From an uncultured Thermoleophilaceae bacterium (GTDB lineage Bacteria; Actinomycetota; Thermoleophilia; Solirubrobacterales; JACPNS01), in contig CAYVWQ010000005.1 of the NCBI GenBank assembly GCA_964455545.1, positions 24,005 through 88,004 on the forward strand: 64,000 nt of DNA, given 5' to 3'. Below, piece by piece: positions 17,234-26,577 of the stretch. The notes under the pieces are model-generated. The model had not been told where the DNA came from. It saw only the letters and a list, made by a program, of their open reading frames with translations, and ran no database searches. The number at the start of each line of letters is the position of its first letter. Position 1 is the first letter of the stretch. A program made the position numbers and the translations under genes.

Positions 17234-18172
17234 ATGGCCCTGACCGCAGACCAGATCCGCGAAGCCAACGTCGCCTACCACGACGCCGCCGCCGACGAGT
17301 ACGACGCCAAGTGGGGCATCGACTACGGCGAGCTCGGCATGAGCCAGGTGAGACTGAAGACCGACAAGGTCCTCGGCAAAGACGCGCACTTCCCGCGCGC
17401 GCTCGAGATCGGTTCGGGCACCGGCTATCTGTCGCTGAACATGATGCAGAACGGTCTGATCGACGAAGTCGTCTGCACCGACATTTCGCAAGGCATGCTC
17501 GACGTCGTCGAGGCGTCGGCCAAGCGGCTCGGCTTTGAGCGGCGCGTGACCACGCTTCACACCGAGGCCGAGGACTTCCCGTTCGAGGACGAGTCGTTCG
17601 ACCTCGTCTTCGGCCACGCGATCCTCCACCATCTGCCACACCTGCAGAAGTCGTTCGACGAGTTCTTCCGCGTGCTGAAGCCCGGCGGAAAGATCTTCTT
17701 CGCCGGCGAGCCGTCGGCGCGCGGCGACAGGATCGCCCGCTATCCGAAGCAGGTCGGCCACCGGCTCTCGCCGCTCTGGCGCAAGGCGCTCGGCGTCAAG
17801 CAGCTCTCGGTCCAGGAGGCCGAGAAGGTCGCCGCCGGCGAACGCTCACAGGAGTACATCGACGGGCATTCGGTCGAGCACCTTGTCGATGTCCACGCTT
17901 TCGTGCCGAGCGACCTCAAAGAGTTCGCCGAGATCGCCGGCTTCGACGACGTCGACGTGATCGGCGAGGAGCTCTCGGCCAACTGGTTCGGCTGGTTCAA
18001 CCGCGCACTCGAGGCCGACGGCGTCCCCGAGGACATCCCGTGGGGCTGGCGCCAGTACGCCTACCGCGGCTACCTCGGCTTTCAGAAGTTCGACCGGCTC
18101 GCCCTCGAAGGGCGCCTGCCGGCGAGCATCTTCTACAACCTGATGATCGGGGCCGAGAAGCCCGCGGGCTAG
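17234..18172 (+). CDS. class I SAM-dependent methyltransferase
   Basis: The ORF is open from 16934, but the first 100 codons are Arg/Pro-rich and antisense to the neighbouring gene. The ATG at 17234 gives MALTADQIREANVAYHD. SAM motif ALEIGSGTGYLS. Confidence 0.85.
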   Translation: MALTADQIREANVAYHDAAADEYDAKWGIDYGELGMSQVRLKTDKVLGKDAHFPRALEIGSGTGYLSLNMMQNGLIDEVVCTDISQGMLDVVEASAKRLGFERRVTTLHTEAEDFPFEDESFDLVFGHAILHHLPHLQKSFDEFFRVLKPGGKIFFAGEPSARGDRIARYPKQVGHRLSPLWRKALGVKQLSVQEAEKVAAGERSQEYIDGHSVEHLVDVHAFVPSDLKEFAEIAGFDDVDVIGEELSANWFGWFNRALEADGVPEDIPWGWRQYAYRGYLGFQKFDRLALEGRLPASIFYNLMIGAEKPAG

Positions 18173-18495
18173 ACGCTCGGCGGCCCGACCTGGATCGGGA
18201 AGCCACGCGCCGCCCAACCGGTGATGCCGCCGTCGAGGTTGTACGCGGTGGCGCCGGGGTGCTCCTGCTCGTAGATCGCTGACGCCGTCTGCGAACGCTG
18301 GCCGGTCGCGCACTGGAAGATCACCTTGTCGTGCTGGTCGACGAGCGACGGGTCGCCCTCGTAATCGGACAGTGGCACGAGCCGTGCGCCCTCGATGCGC
18401 ATCTCCTCCCACTCGTACTCCTCGCGGCAGTCGACGATGATCGCGTGCTCGTCCTCGACGAGGCGGTGGGCTTCCTGGGCTGAGACGTTTTCCAT
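18169..18495 (-). CDS. rhodanese-like single-domain sulfurtransferase
   Basis: 108 aa. Active-site loop CATGQRS. Confidence 0.85.
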   Translation of the reverse strand: MENVSAQEAHRLVEDEHAIIVDCREEYEWEEMRIEGARLVPLSDYEGDPSLVDQHDKVIFQCATGQRSQTASAIYEQEHPGATAYNLDGGITGWAARGFPIQVGPPSV

Positions 18496-18505
18496 GCGCC
18501 GAAGG

Positions 18506-19615
18506 TTACGCCGAGCTGCCGGCCAGGCGGTCGATCGCGGCGCCGAAGAAGGCGTTCTCCTCGTCGGTGCCGCACGTGACGCGAAAAGCGCCCGGCGCCC
18601 CGAACCCCGAGAGGTCGCGCACCGCCACGCCCAGACGCAGGAGCTTCTGCTCGACCTTCAGTCCGGTGCTCCCCCCGGCGGCCTCCGCGAAGACGAAGTT
18701 CGCGCGCGAGGCGAGCGGCTTGTGGCCGGCGAGCGAGAGGTACTTGAAGATCTGCGTACGTGCCTGCTTGACGTGCTCGACGCGGTCCCAGACTGCGGCC
18801 TGGTCCCCGAGCGACGCAAGTGCCCCGCGCTGTGCCGCAGCGTTGACGTTGAAGATGGGACGCAGTTTGTTGATCGCCTCGATCACCGCCGGTGAGCCGA
18901 AGCCGTATCCAATGCGCAAGCCGGCAAGTCCATAGATCTTGCTGAACGTGCGCAGCACGAGCAGGTTTTCGGTGCCCTCGCGGATCAGCTGCGGCCCTTC
19001 CGGCTCGTCGTCGCCGGAGGCGTACTCGGCGTACGCCTCGTCGAGCACGCAAAGGACGTGTGGCGGAAGTCCCGCGATGAACTCGCGGATCTGCGCTTTC
19101 GGCGCGAGCAGCCCGGTCGGGTTGTTCGGGTTGCAGATGAAGACGATCCGAGTCTTCGGGTAGATCGCGGCGTGGAGCGCCTCGAAGTCGATCTGCCACT
19201 CCCCCGTCAAGTCGACGGCGCGCGGTTCGGCCCCCGTCGCGGCGATCGACGACACGTAACTCGGAAACGACGGCCATGGGAAGACTCCGTTGTCGCCCTC
19301 CTCGAGGACGCTCAGCGCCGCGAATCGCAGCAGCTCGTCGGCGCCGTTGCCGAGCACGACGTTCTCAGGGCCGAGACCGTTCAGCGAAGCGATCCGCTCG
19401 CGCAGCTCCAAGGAGGCGGAGTCTGGATATCGCCGGTACTCATCGGGGTCTGCCGCGATCGCTGCCGCGGCTGCTGGGACCGGACCGAAGGCACCCTCAT
19501 TGGATGCGAGCTTGATCATCCGTTCGACCCCGAACTCGGCCTGCAACTGCTCGACCGGAGCCTGGGCCACGTACGGGCGCAGTTCGCTGACGTAGTCCTT
19601 GAACGGGGCGGGCAT
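18506..19615 (-). CDS. hisC: histidinol-phosphate aminotransferase
   Basis: 369 aa. PLP-lysine context RTFSKIYGLAGLRIGY and class II aminotransferase layout. Confidence 0.9.
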   Translation of the reverse strand: MPAPFKDYVSELRPYVAQAPVEQLQAEFGVERMIKLASNEGAFGPVPAAAAAIAADPDEYRRYPDSASLELRERIASLNGLGPENVVLGNGADELLRFAALSVLEEGDNGVFPWPSFPSYVSSIAATGAEPRAVDLTGEWQIDFEALHAAIYPKTRIVFICNPNNPTGLLAPKAQIREFIAGLPPHVLCVLDEAYAEYASGDDEPEGPQLIREGTENLLVLRTFSKIYGLAGLRIGYGFGSPAVIEAINKLRPIFNVNAAAQRGALASLGDQAAVWDRVEHVKQARTQIFKYLSLAGHKPLASRANFVFAEAAGGSTGLKVEQKLLRLGVAVRDLSGFGAPGAFRVTCGTDEENAFFGAAIDRLAGSSA

Positions 19616-19650
19616 CTGGCCAGCCTAGAGATCGCCTCCGTCGCGAGAAA

Positions 19651-20415
19651 TCAGCGAGATCCCGCGCGGCGGAAGGCCGCCGCCGTGGCCGGCACTGCGA
19701 CGGCGAGGATGCCGATGCACCAGATGATCGAAGCCGTGATCGAGTTTCCGGCTGGTAGGTCAGTCGTCAGCGAACGCACGGCGTCGACGACCTGCGTGAC
19801 CGGCTGGTGTTCTGCAAAGGCCTGGAGCGCGGCCGGCATCGTCGAGGGTTCGACGAACGCCGAACTGAGGAACGTCAGCGGCAGGATCACGATGAACGAA
19901 ATCTGCTGCAGCGCCTCGACATTGGGGATGTACAGCGCCAGCAGAGCGCCGAGCCAAGAGATCGCGAAGCCGAAGAACGTCATGATGCCGATTGCCGCGA
20001 GGTAGTCGAGAGCGGTGCCGCTCGGGCGGTAGCCGACGAGCAGCCCGACGCAGACCATCACGAAGATCGTGAACAGCGCGCGGAGAGCATCGGCGATCGT
20101 GCGGCCGATGATGATCGCCGGCCGCGACATCGGCAGCGTGAAGAAACGCTCGACGATGCCCTTCTCGAGGTCGTAGGCGAGCGAGATGGCCGTCGTCAGT
20201 GCACCGAAGCAGATCGTCTGGACGAAGATGCCGGCCATCAGGTAATTGACGTAGGACGTCCCGCTGATCTCGATCGCGCCGCCGAAGACGTAGCGGAAGA
20301 GCAGCACGAACATGATCGGCGAGACGGTTACGCCGACGAGGATTTCGGGGCTGCGGAAGGTATGCGTGACCGAGCGGCGGAAGAGCAGCCAGGTGTCTCC
20401 GACGAGGTGGCTCAT
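19651..20415 (-). CDS. ABC-2 type transporter permease
   Basis: 254 aa with about six hydrophobic segments. Its start overlaps the stop of the upstream ATPase gene by 4 nt. Confidence 0.85.
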   Translation of the reverse strand: MSHLVGDTWLLFRRSVTHTFRSPEILVGVTVSPIMFVLLFRYVFGGAIEISGTSYVNYLMAGIFVQTICFGALTTAISLAYDLEKGIVERFFTLPMSRPAIIIGRTIADALRALFTIFVMVCVGLLVGYRPSGTALDYLAAIGIMTFFGFAISWLGALLALYIPNVEALQQISFIVILPLTFLSSAFVEPSTMPAALQAFAEHQPVTQVVDAVRSLTTDLPAGNSITASIIWCIGILAVAVPATAAAFRRAGSR

Positions 20416-21389
20416 GCGTCGTCTTCCTCGTCATCCGCGACGTGCTCCCCGGTCAGTTTGAGGAAGACGTCGTCGAGGGTCGGACGATGCACGAAGACCT
20501 CCTCGATCACCAGGCCCTCGAAATCGAGCGAGTCGATCAGGCGGGCCACCTGGATGGCTCCGTCGGTGAGCGCGACGGTGATCCGCTGTTCGCGCTCGTC
20601 GCGTGACGTGATCTCGACGTTCTGCGCAGCAAGTTTCTCGGCCGCGCGGTCGAGCACGTCCCCCTCTCCACTGACCTTGAACTCGAGTTGCTGGCCGCCG
20701 ACCTCGTCCTTCAGCTCGTCAGACGTTCCGCGCGCGATCACGCGCCCGTGGTCGATCACGATGATGTCGTCGGCTAGCTGATCGGCCTCGTCGAGGTACT
20801 GCGTCGTGAGCAATACGGTGGTGCCGCGCTCGACGAGTTCTTCGATCTGTTCCCACATACCGATCCGGCTGCGCGGGTCGAGCCCGGTCGTCGGTTCGTC
20901 GAGGAAGAGGATCTCGGGGTCGGCGATCATGCTTGAGGCGAGGTCGAGGCGACGGCGCATGCCGCCCGAGTAGGTGCCGGCCGTGCGGTCGGCCGCGTCC
21001 TCGAGGTCGAAGCGCTTGAGCAGCTCATCCGCGCGCCGCTCGGCGTCGACCTTTGAGAGACGGGTGAGGCGGGCGACGAGGATCAGGTTCTCGCGACCGG
21101 TGAGCAGCTCATCGACGGCCGTGTCCTGACCGGTCAGTCCGATCTTCATGCGCACGGCGTTCGGGTCGGACGCGACATCGATGCCGGCGACGGTCGCCTG
21201 GCCGCCATCGGGCGAGAGCAGCGTCGTGAGCATGCGGACGGTGGTCGTCTTGCCGGCGCCGTTGGGTCCGAGCAACGCGGTGACCGTGCCGCGGGGAACC
21301 TCGAAGTCGACTCCGTCGACCGCCTTGGTGTCGCCGAAATGTTTGGTCAGTCCGGAAGCGCGGACCGCGATGTCGAGAGGCGCAGTCAT
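20412..21389 (-). CDS. ABC transporter ATP-binding protein (DrrA-like)
   Basis: The ATG at 21389 gives MTAPLDIAVRASGLTKHFGD. Walker A GPNGAGKTT, signature YSGGMRRRL, Walker B ILFLDEPT. The longer ORF to 21542 adds only an Arg-rich leader. Confidence 0.9.
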   Translation of the reverse strand: MTAPLDIAVRASGLTKHFGDTKAVDGVDFEVPRGTVTALLGPNGAGKTTTVRMLTTLLSPDGGQATVAGIDVASDPNAVRMKIGLTGQDTAVDELLTGRENLILVARLTRLSKVDAERRADELLKRFDLEDAADRTAGTYSGGMRRRLDLASSMIADPEILFLDEPTTGLDPRSRIGMWEQIEELVERGTTVLLTTQYLDEADQLADDIIVIDHGRVIARGTSDELKDEVGGQQLEFKVSGEGDVLDRAAEKLAAQNVEITSRDEREQRITVALTDGAIQVARLIDSLDFEGLVIEEVFVHRPTLDDVFLKLTGEHVADDEEDDA

Positions 21390-21427
21390 TCGGATTTGGG
21401 ATGTTACGTACCCACAGCGTCGTCTTG

Positions 21428-22960
21428 TCACACGACGACGAAGGCCCCACCACGACGCGGGTCGCCGCCGCCGGCCAGCTCGCCGCCGCGTTCGCGCCCG
21501 ACCGCTTGACAGCCACCGAAGAAGAGGTTGGCGCGATCCCATTGGGCAACGGGAGTTCCGGCCTTCTGGAGTTGCTCGAGCGCAAGTTCGTCGATGCCCG
21601 GCTCGGCCTGGACCATCCCGTTTTCGAAGTGGACGCGCGGTGCACGAACGGCATCGTCGACCCCCATGCCGCGATCGACGACGTTGACGATCGTCTGCAG
21701 CACGGCCGAGCGGATCCGGTTCGAGCCGGCCGACCCGAGCACCAGCGTCGGCTCGCCGCCGTCGAGCACCACGGTCGGCGACATCATCGAGGTGACGCGT
21801 TCACCGCCCCGGTTGTTCTCGACTCCGAGCGGGTTGAGGTCCATCTCCCCGAGCATGTTGTTCAGTGAGATCCCGGTGCCGGGGACGATCACGCCGCTGC
21901 AGGATCCGTTCGAGCACGTACAAGAGACGGCAAGGCCGTCGGCGTCGAGCACCGAGACATGCGTCGTCGAGCCGAGCCGGCTCTCCGGCAGCGCTCCGCC
22001 GCCCTGGACGGCTTCGTGCTCACCCGTGAGCCAGTCGGCGCCGGCGGTGAGGAACTCCTCCCAGAATCCCTCTCGCTGGAGGCCTTCGACGAACTCGCGA
22101 TCGCGTCCGCGATTCGCGAAGTCCATCGCCGCCACGAGGTCGGCGACACCCACCGAGTCCTTTTGACCAAGGTGCACGAGACTGTCCGCGATCAGCAGTC
22201 CCCCGGACGAAGGCGGCGGATTTGTGATCACGCGGCGGCCCCGGTAGGTCGTCTTCCCCGGCGTGCGATCGATCACCGCGTAGGACGCGAGGTCCTCGCG
22301 CGTGATCGTGCCCCCGTTGTCGATCACGAACTCGGCGACCTTCTGCGCGATCTCACCGGTGTAGAAGGGATCGGGGCCGTCCTGCGCAAGACGGTCAATC
22401 GCTTCGCCGAACTCGGGCAGCTTGAGGACCTCGCCGACCTGCGGCATGTTCCCGTCGGGCGCGTACACCGCGCGGCCTTCCGGCCAGGCCGTGAGGATCG
22501 GGGTGAGGATCCGGTAGAGGAACGCGTGCACCTCACTGGTCGGCACGCCCTCGCGACTGAGTTCGATCGCCGGCTTCGCAAGCTCGGTCATCGGCATCGT
22601 GCCGAATCGATCCAGTGCGCTCCAAAGTCCCGCTGCGGTCCCGTACACGCCGCAGGTCGCGGCACCGCCGTTGAACTGCTGCAGCGCGCCGTCGAAGTCG
22701 ACCATGAACTCAGTCTGGTCCGCCTCGGGCGCGACCTGGCGCGGCGAGCTGACGAAGAAATCGAGCAGGTGCGATTCGCCCGACGGAGTGTGGATCAGCA
22801 TGAATCCGCCGGCGCCGATGCCGGTCAGTGGCGACTCGGCGATGAAGCTGGTGAGGATCGCGCTGACGGCGGCGTCGACGGCGTTTCCGCCCTCGCGCAG
22901 CGCGCGTGCGCCGGCCGCGGCGGTCAGCTCATGGCCGGCGGCGACGGCTCCTCGTGACAC
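21428..22960 (-). CDS. ggt: gamma-glutamyltransferase family protein
   Basis: 510 aa. Autoprocessing Thr context GSTTHVSVLD and N-terminal AAGARALREGGNAVDAAV. No obvious signal peptide. Confidence 0.85.
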   Translation of the reverse strand: MSRGAVAAGHELTAAAGARALREGGNAVDAAVSAILTSFIAESPLTGIGAGGFMLIHTPSGESHLLDFFVSSPRQVAPEADQTEFMVDFDGALQQFNGGAATCGVYGTAAGLWSALDRFGTMPMTELAKPAIELSREGVPTSEVHAFLYRILTPILTAWPEGRAVYAPDGNMPQVGEVLKLPEFGEAIDRLAQDGPDPFYTGEIAQKVAEFVIDNGGTITREDLASYAVIDRTPGKTTYRGRRVITNPPPSSGGLLIADSLVHLGQKDSVGVADLVAAMDFANRGRDREFVEGLQREGFWEEFLTAGADWLTGEHEAVQGGGALPESRLGSTTHVSVLDADGLAVSCTCSNGSCSGVIVPGTGISLNNMLGEMDLNPLGVENNRGGERVTSMMSPTVVLDGGEPTLVLGSAGSNRIRSAVLQTIVNVVDRGMGVDDAVRAPRVHFENGMVQAEPGIDELALEQLQKAGTPVAQWDRANLFFGGCQAVGRERGGELAGGGDPRRGGAFVVV

Positions 22961-22966
22961 TTCGAC

Positions 22967-24511
22967 CTAGCCGCGCGGAACGAACTCGGGCACGTCCATG
23001 TCGGACAGCTCAACCGAGCTCTCACGACCGCGCGAGACACGGGGCTCACGGTCGGCGCGTGTCGCCTCGATCAGTGCGCTGCCGCGCGGTGCCTGGCTGC
23101 CGCGCACGCCGGACTGGGCGCCGCGCACGGTCTTCTGGCGGTGGTCGCCATAGCGCGTGGCGATGACCGTGACCCAGACCTGGTCGGTCAGCGACGGGTC
23201 GACCATCGCGCCGAAGATGATGTTGGCCTCGGGGTGCGCGGCCTCCTGGACGATCTTCGCGGCCTCGTTGACCTCCCAGAGGGAGAGGTCGGGACCACCG
23301 GTGATTGACAGCAGGATCGCGCGGGCACCTTCGATGCTGGTCTCGAGCAGCGGCGAGCTGACGGCCTGGTTGGCCGCTTCGACGCTGCGCGTGTCGGCAG
23401 AGCCGGCGCCCATACCGATTCCGAGCAGGGCCTGGCCCGCCTCGGACATGATCGTGCGGACGTCGGCGAAGTCGATGTTGATCAGGCCGGCCAACGTGAC
23501 GAGGTCGGAGATGCCCTGCACGCCCTGGCGCAGGACGTCGTCGGCGACGCCGAAGGCCTCGACCATCGAAGTGTTCTTGTCGAGGATCGACAGCAGGCGG
23601 TCGTTCGGAACGACGATCAGCGTGTCCACCTCGTCGGCCAGCGCCTCGACGCCGAGCGTTGCAGCGCCCTTGCGGCGCGTGCCCTCAAAGCCGAACGGCG
23701 TGGTGACGATGCCGACCGTGAGCGCGTCGACCTCACGCGCGATGCGCGCGACGATCGGTGCGGCACCCGTTCCGGTACCACCACCGGCTCCGGCCGTGAT
23801 GAAGATCATGTCGCTGCCCTTGAGCACGCGCTTGATCGCGTCGTAGTCGGCGACCGCCGCGCGGGCGCCCTGCTCCGGGTCCGCGCCGGCACCGAGGCCG
23901 CGCGTGATGTCGGCGCCGATGTGAAGCTTGATGTCGGCCGCACTGCCCTGCAGCGACTGCATGTCGGTGTTGATCGCGACGAACTCGACGCCGGTCACGC
24001 CGGCCTCGATCATGCGGTCGACGGCGTTGACGCCGGCACCGCCGACTCCGACCACACGGAGCACGGGCGTGACGACGCCGGTCGGCTGCTGGCTGAAGGC
24101 CGGGCCGTTCGGGTCGGGGATGTTGCGGCCGTAGTGAGCCGTCGGCTCGTCGGAGTTGCCGTCGAGGATGTCCGACGGGACGTGCATGTCAAAGACCTTC
24201 TTCAGGCGCTCCTTGGCCGGGACGTCGCTGGCGATCGTGTTCGCCTCGTTCTCGTAGCCACCGGCCTGGCCGGCTGCGGTGCGGGGACCGGCCTGCGGCT
24301 CGGCCGGGACGGCGGGCTCGGCCGGGGCCGGCTCTGTGGCCTGCGGCTGCTCGGGCTCGGGAGTGGCCTCGGGCTCAGGCGCCGGCGCGGCGGCCTCGGT
24401 CTCGGGTTCGGTCTTACGGAAGAGCGCAGCCAGCGGTCCCTCGCGCATCGAGGCACGCTTGTTCACTACCGGCTTGCCCTGGTCTTCAGGAGATCCGTTG
24501 TCAGTTGCCAT
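22967..24511 (-). CDS. ftsZ: cell division protein FtsZ with ~140-aa N-terminal extension
   Basis: [17 protein letters not shown], tubulin signature [10 protein letters not shown] and C-terminal peptide DMDVPEFV. The ATG at 24511 is preceded by AAGGAGG 9 nt upstream. The ORF stays open to 24556. Confidence 0.9.
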   Translation of the reverse strand: MATDNGSPEDQGKPVVNKRASMREGPLAALFRKTEPETEAAAPAPEPEATPEPEQPQATEPAPAEPAVPAEPQAGPRTAAGQAGGYENEANTIASDVPAKERLKKVFDMHVPSDILDGNSDEPTAHYGRNIPDPNGPAFSQQPTGVVTPVLRVVGVGGAGVNAVDRMIEAGVTGVEFVAINTDMQSLQGSAADIKLHIGADITRGLGAGADPEQGARAAVADYDAIKRVLKGSDMIFITAGAGGGTGTGAAPIVARIAREVDALTVGIVTTPFGFEGTRRKGAATLGVEALADEVDTLIVVPNDRLLSILDKNTSMVEAFGVADDVLRQGVQGISDLVTLAGLINIDFADVRTIMSEAGQALLGIGMGAGSADTRSVEAANQAVSSPLLETSIEGARAILLSITGGPDLSLWEVNEAAKIVQEAAHPEANIIFGAMVDPSLTDQVWVTVIATRYGDHRQKTVRGAQSGVRGSQAPRGSALIEATRADREPRVSRGRESSVELSDMDVPEFVPRG

Positions 24512-25286
24512 GCGCGATGACCTCCTTGGCCAACTCTCGGTAGGACTGCGCAGCAATCCCGTCTGGGTCGTACTTCAGCACCGACATGCCCTTCACCGGC
24601 GCCTCCGCGAAGCGGATCGTCTTCTTGATGCGAGAAGCAAAGACCCTGTCGCCGAAGTTCTCCTCGAGCAGCTCGATCGCCTCTTTGGCGTGGAGCGTGC
24701 GCGAATCGACCAACGTCGGCAGGATGCCTTCGATATCGACATCCGGATTCAGGTTCTCACGGATCATCTCGAGCGTGTTCTGAAGCTGGATGAGCCCTCG
24801 CATTGAGAGGTACTCACACTGTACGGGAACAATAACTTTGTCGGCGGCGGTGAGAGCGTTGATCGTCAGCAGGCCGAGGCTCGGCGGCGTGTCGATGCAG
24901 ATGAAGTCGTAGTCGCTGCGGACCTCGTCGAGCGCCTTGTCGAGGGCACGTTCGCGGCCGATCTGGGTCGACAGTGCCATCTCGGCGCCGGCCAGGTCGA
25001 TCGACGCGACGGCGACGTCGATCTCGCGGTGCACGATGATCTCGCTGATCGGTGTCTTGTGCACGAGCACGTCGTAGATGCTGGTCTCGACCGTGTCGGG
25101 GTCGACGCCCTGCGACATCGTCAGGTTGCCCTGCGGGTCCATGTCGATGCAAAGGACGCGGTGCCCCTCCTCGGCGAAGGCCGCGGACAGGTTGAGCGTC
25201 GTGGTCGTCTTGGCCACGCCGCCCTTCTGGTTGGCGAAGGCGATGACCTTGGCCTTCTTGGTCTTGTCCTGAGCTGATTCGGTCAT
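24501..25286 (-). CDS. ParA/Soj-family ATPase (orphan, no adjacent parB)
   Basis: The ATG at 25286 gives [29 protein letters not shown] (deviant Walker A KGGxxKT). 261 aa. The stop at 24501-24503 overlaps the ftsZ start. Confidence 0.9.
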   Translation of the reverse strand: MTESAQDKTKKAKVIAFANQKGGVAKTTTTLNLSAAFAEEGHRVLCIDMDPQGNLTMSQGVDPDTVETSIYDVLVHKTPISEIIVHREIDVAVASIDLAGAEMALSTQIGRERALDKALDEVRSDYDFICIDTPPSLGLLTINALTAADKVIVPVQCEYLSMRGLIQLQNTLEMIRENLNPDVDIEGILPTLVDSRTLHAKEAIELLEENFGDRVFASRIKKTIRFAEAPVKGMSVLKYDPDGIAAQSYRELAKEVIAHGN

Positions 25287-25477
25287 GGTGCGGGTGCGGC
25301 TCCTGTGAGGAGTGGGCTTCAAAGTCGGATCGGGCCCGTCTATCAGGCCCGTTGGTGGCGTATTCGCAGGGGTTTGGGGTATTCCTGCACGAAGGTGATG
25401 TTGGATTTCCGCTCTGAGAGCGGGATCGCGGGGTGACCTCCAACAGCTCCTCCTCGGTCGACCCCATCCAGGCCCAG

Positions 25478-25575
25478 AATGGCTTCCGCCGGTTTTTGGG
25501 CGGAAGCCATTCGGTTCCGCCGGTTTTTTCGCGGAAGCCAATTCGGTTCCGCCGGTTTTTGGGCGGAAGCCATTC
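25478..25575. repeat. array of three tandem ~32-bp palindromic (REP-like) units
   Basis: Unit 1 is AATGGCTTCCGCC ggtttttg GGCGGAAGCCATT (perfect 13-bp stem). Units 2 and 3 are GGTTCCGCC...G(C/G)GGAAGCC with a one-base bulge. Period is 32 bp. The same family occurs at 36043-36134. Confidence 0.75.
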
Positions 25576-25623
25576 GGGTTGCTGTGGGTTTTCCGGGGTT
25601 GGGCGTCCGGGTAGCCTCAGGCC

Positions 25624-26577
25624 ATGGCTGACGCCCCGCCAGAGGACCTGTTTCAGCACCGGCTCCTCTTCGTGACCGGTAAGGGTGGCGTTGGCAAGAC
25701 GACCGTTGCCGCCGCGTTGGGACTCGCCGCCGCCCATGCCGGCCTGCGAACGATCGTCTGCGAGCTCGACGCACGCGAGCGCCTGCACAGCCTGTTCGAC
25801 GTCACGACACGCGGCTTCGAAGAGGTCGAGCTGCGGCCCGACCTGCACGCGATGGCGATCGACCCGGAGCACGCGATCGAGGAGTACCTGCTGCTGCAGA
25901 TCAAGGTCCGCCCGGTCTACGACATGATCTTCAAGAACCGGATCTTCGACTATTTCGCGGCCGCAACGCCGGGGCTGGCCGAGCTGGTGACGATCGGCAA
26001 GGTCTGGGAGCTGGCGCAACCGGACCGCCTGACCAAGAAGGCGCAGCCCTACGACCTGGTGATCGTCGACGCCCCCGCCACCGGCCACGCACTGGCGATG
26101 CTCGAGGCGCCCGAGACCTTCAAGAAAATCGCGCGCGTCGGGCCGATCCACCGCCAGGCCGGCTACATCCAGTCCTTCCTGCACGACCCGGCGACCACGG
26201 CAGTCATCGCCGTCGCGACGGCCGAGGAGATGCCGGTCAATGAAACACTCGACCTGCGCCGCGAACTCCAGGAGCGCGTCGGCCTCGACCTCGCGCTGAC
26301 CGTCGTCAACGCGCTCGAACCCGAGTACTTCAGCGCGAAGGAGATAGCCACTCTGCGCAAGGAGGAGCCGATCGCGCCGATCGAGGCGGCGATCCTCCAG
26401 TCCGAGCGGCACGACAGGCAGCGCGAGCAGTACGACCGCCTGATCGACGAGCTCGGCCGGCCGATCATCGATCTGCCGTTCATCTACGAGCGCGGGCTCG
26501 GTCGCCGCGAGCTCAACACGCTCGCCGACGAGCTCGCCGAGAAACTCGCACCGGCGCTCGCGAAGGCGGTCGGCTGA
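25624..26577 (+). CDS. ArsA/Get3-family ATPase (first of pair)
   Basis: 317 aa. P-loop FVTGKGGVGKTTVAAAL and ArsA-like layout (DAPATGH). Confidence 0.85.
   Translation: MADAPPEDLFQHRLLFVTGKGGVGKTTVAAALGLAAAHAGLRTIVCELDARERLHSLFDVTTRGFEEVELRPDLHAMAIDPEHAIEEYLLLQIKVRPVYDMIFKNRIFDYFAAATPGLAELVTIGKVWELAQPDRLTKKAQPYDLVIVDAPATGHALAMLEAPETFKKIARVGPIHRQAGYIQSFLHDPATTAVIAVATAEEMPVNETLDLRRELQERVGLDLALTVVNALEPEYFSAKEIATLRKEEPIAPIEAAILQSERHDRQREQYDRLIDELGRPIIDLPFIYERGLGRRELNTLADELAEKLAPALAKAVG

Noticed and set aside
25478-25575. Palindromic repeat arrays (here and at 36043-36134) considered as a CRISPR array
   Set aside because: There are only three contiguous units per locus with no unique spacers between them. 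The units are themselves hairpins with T-rich loops, and no cas genes are present.
25478-25575. Repeat array considered as a parS/centromere site for the adjacent ParA-like ATPase
   Set aside because: No parB gene is present, and the sequence is unlike the canonical parS (TGTTTCACGTGAAACA). An identical array sits next to a RAYT-type transposase, so a REP element is the simpler explanation. A secondary role is not fully excluded.
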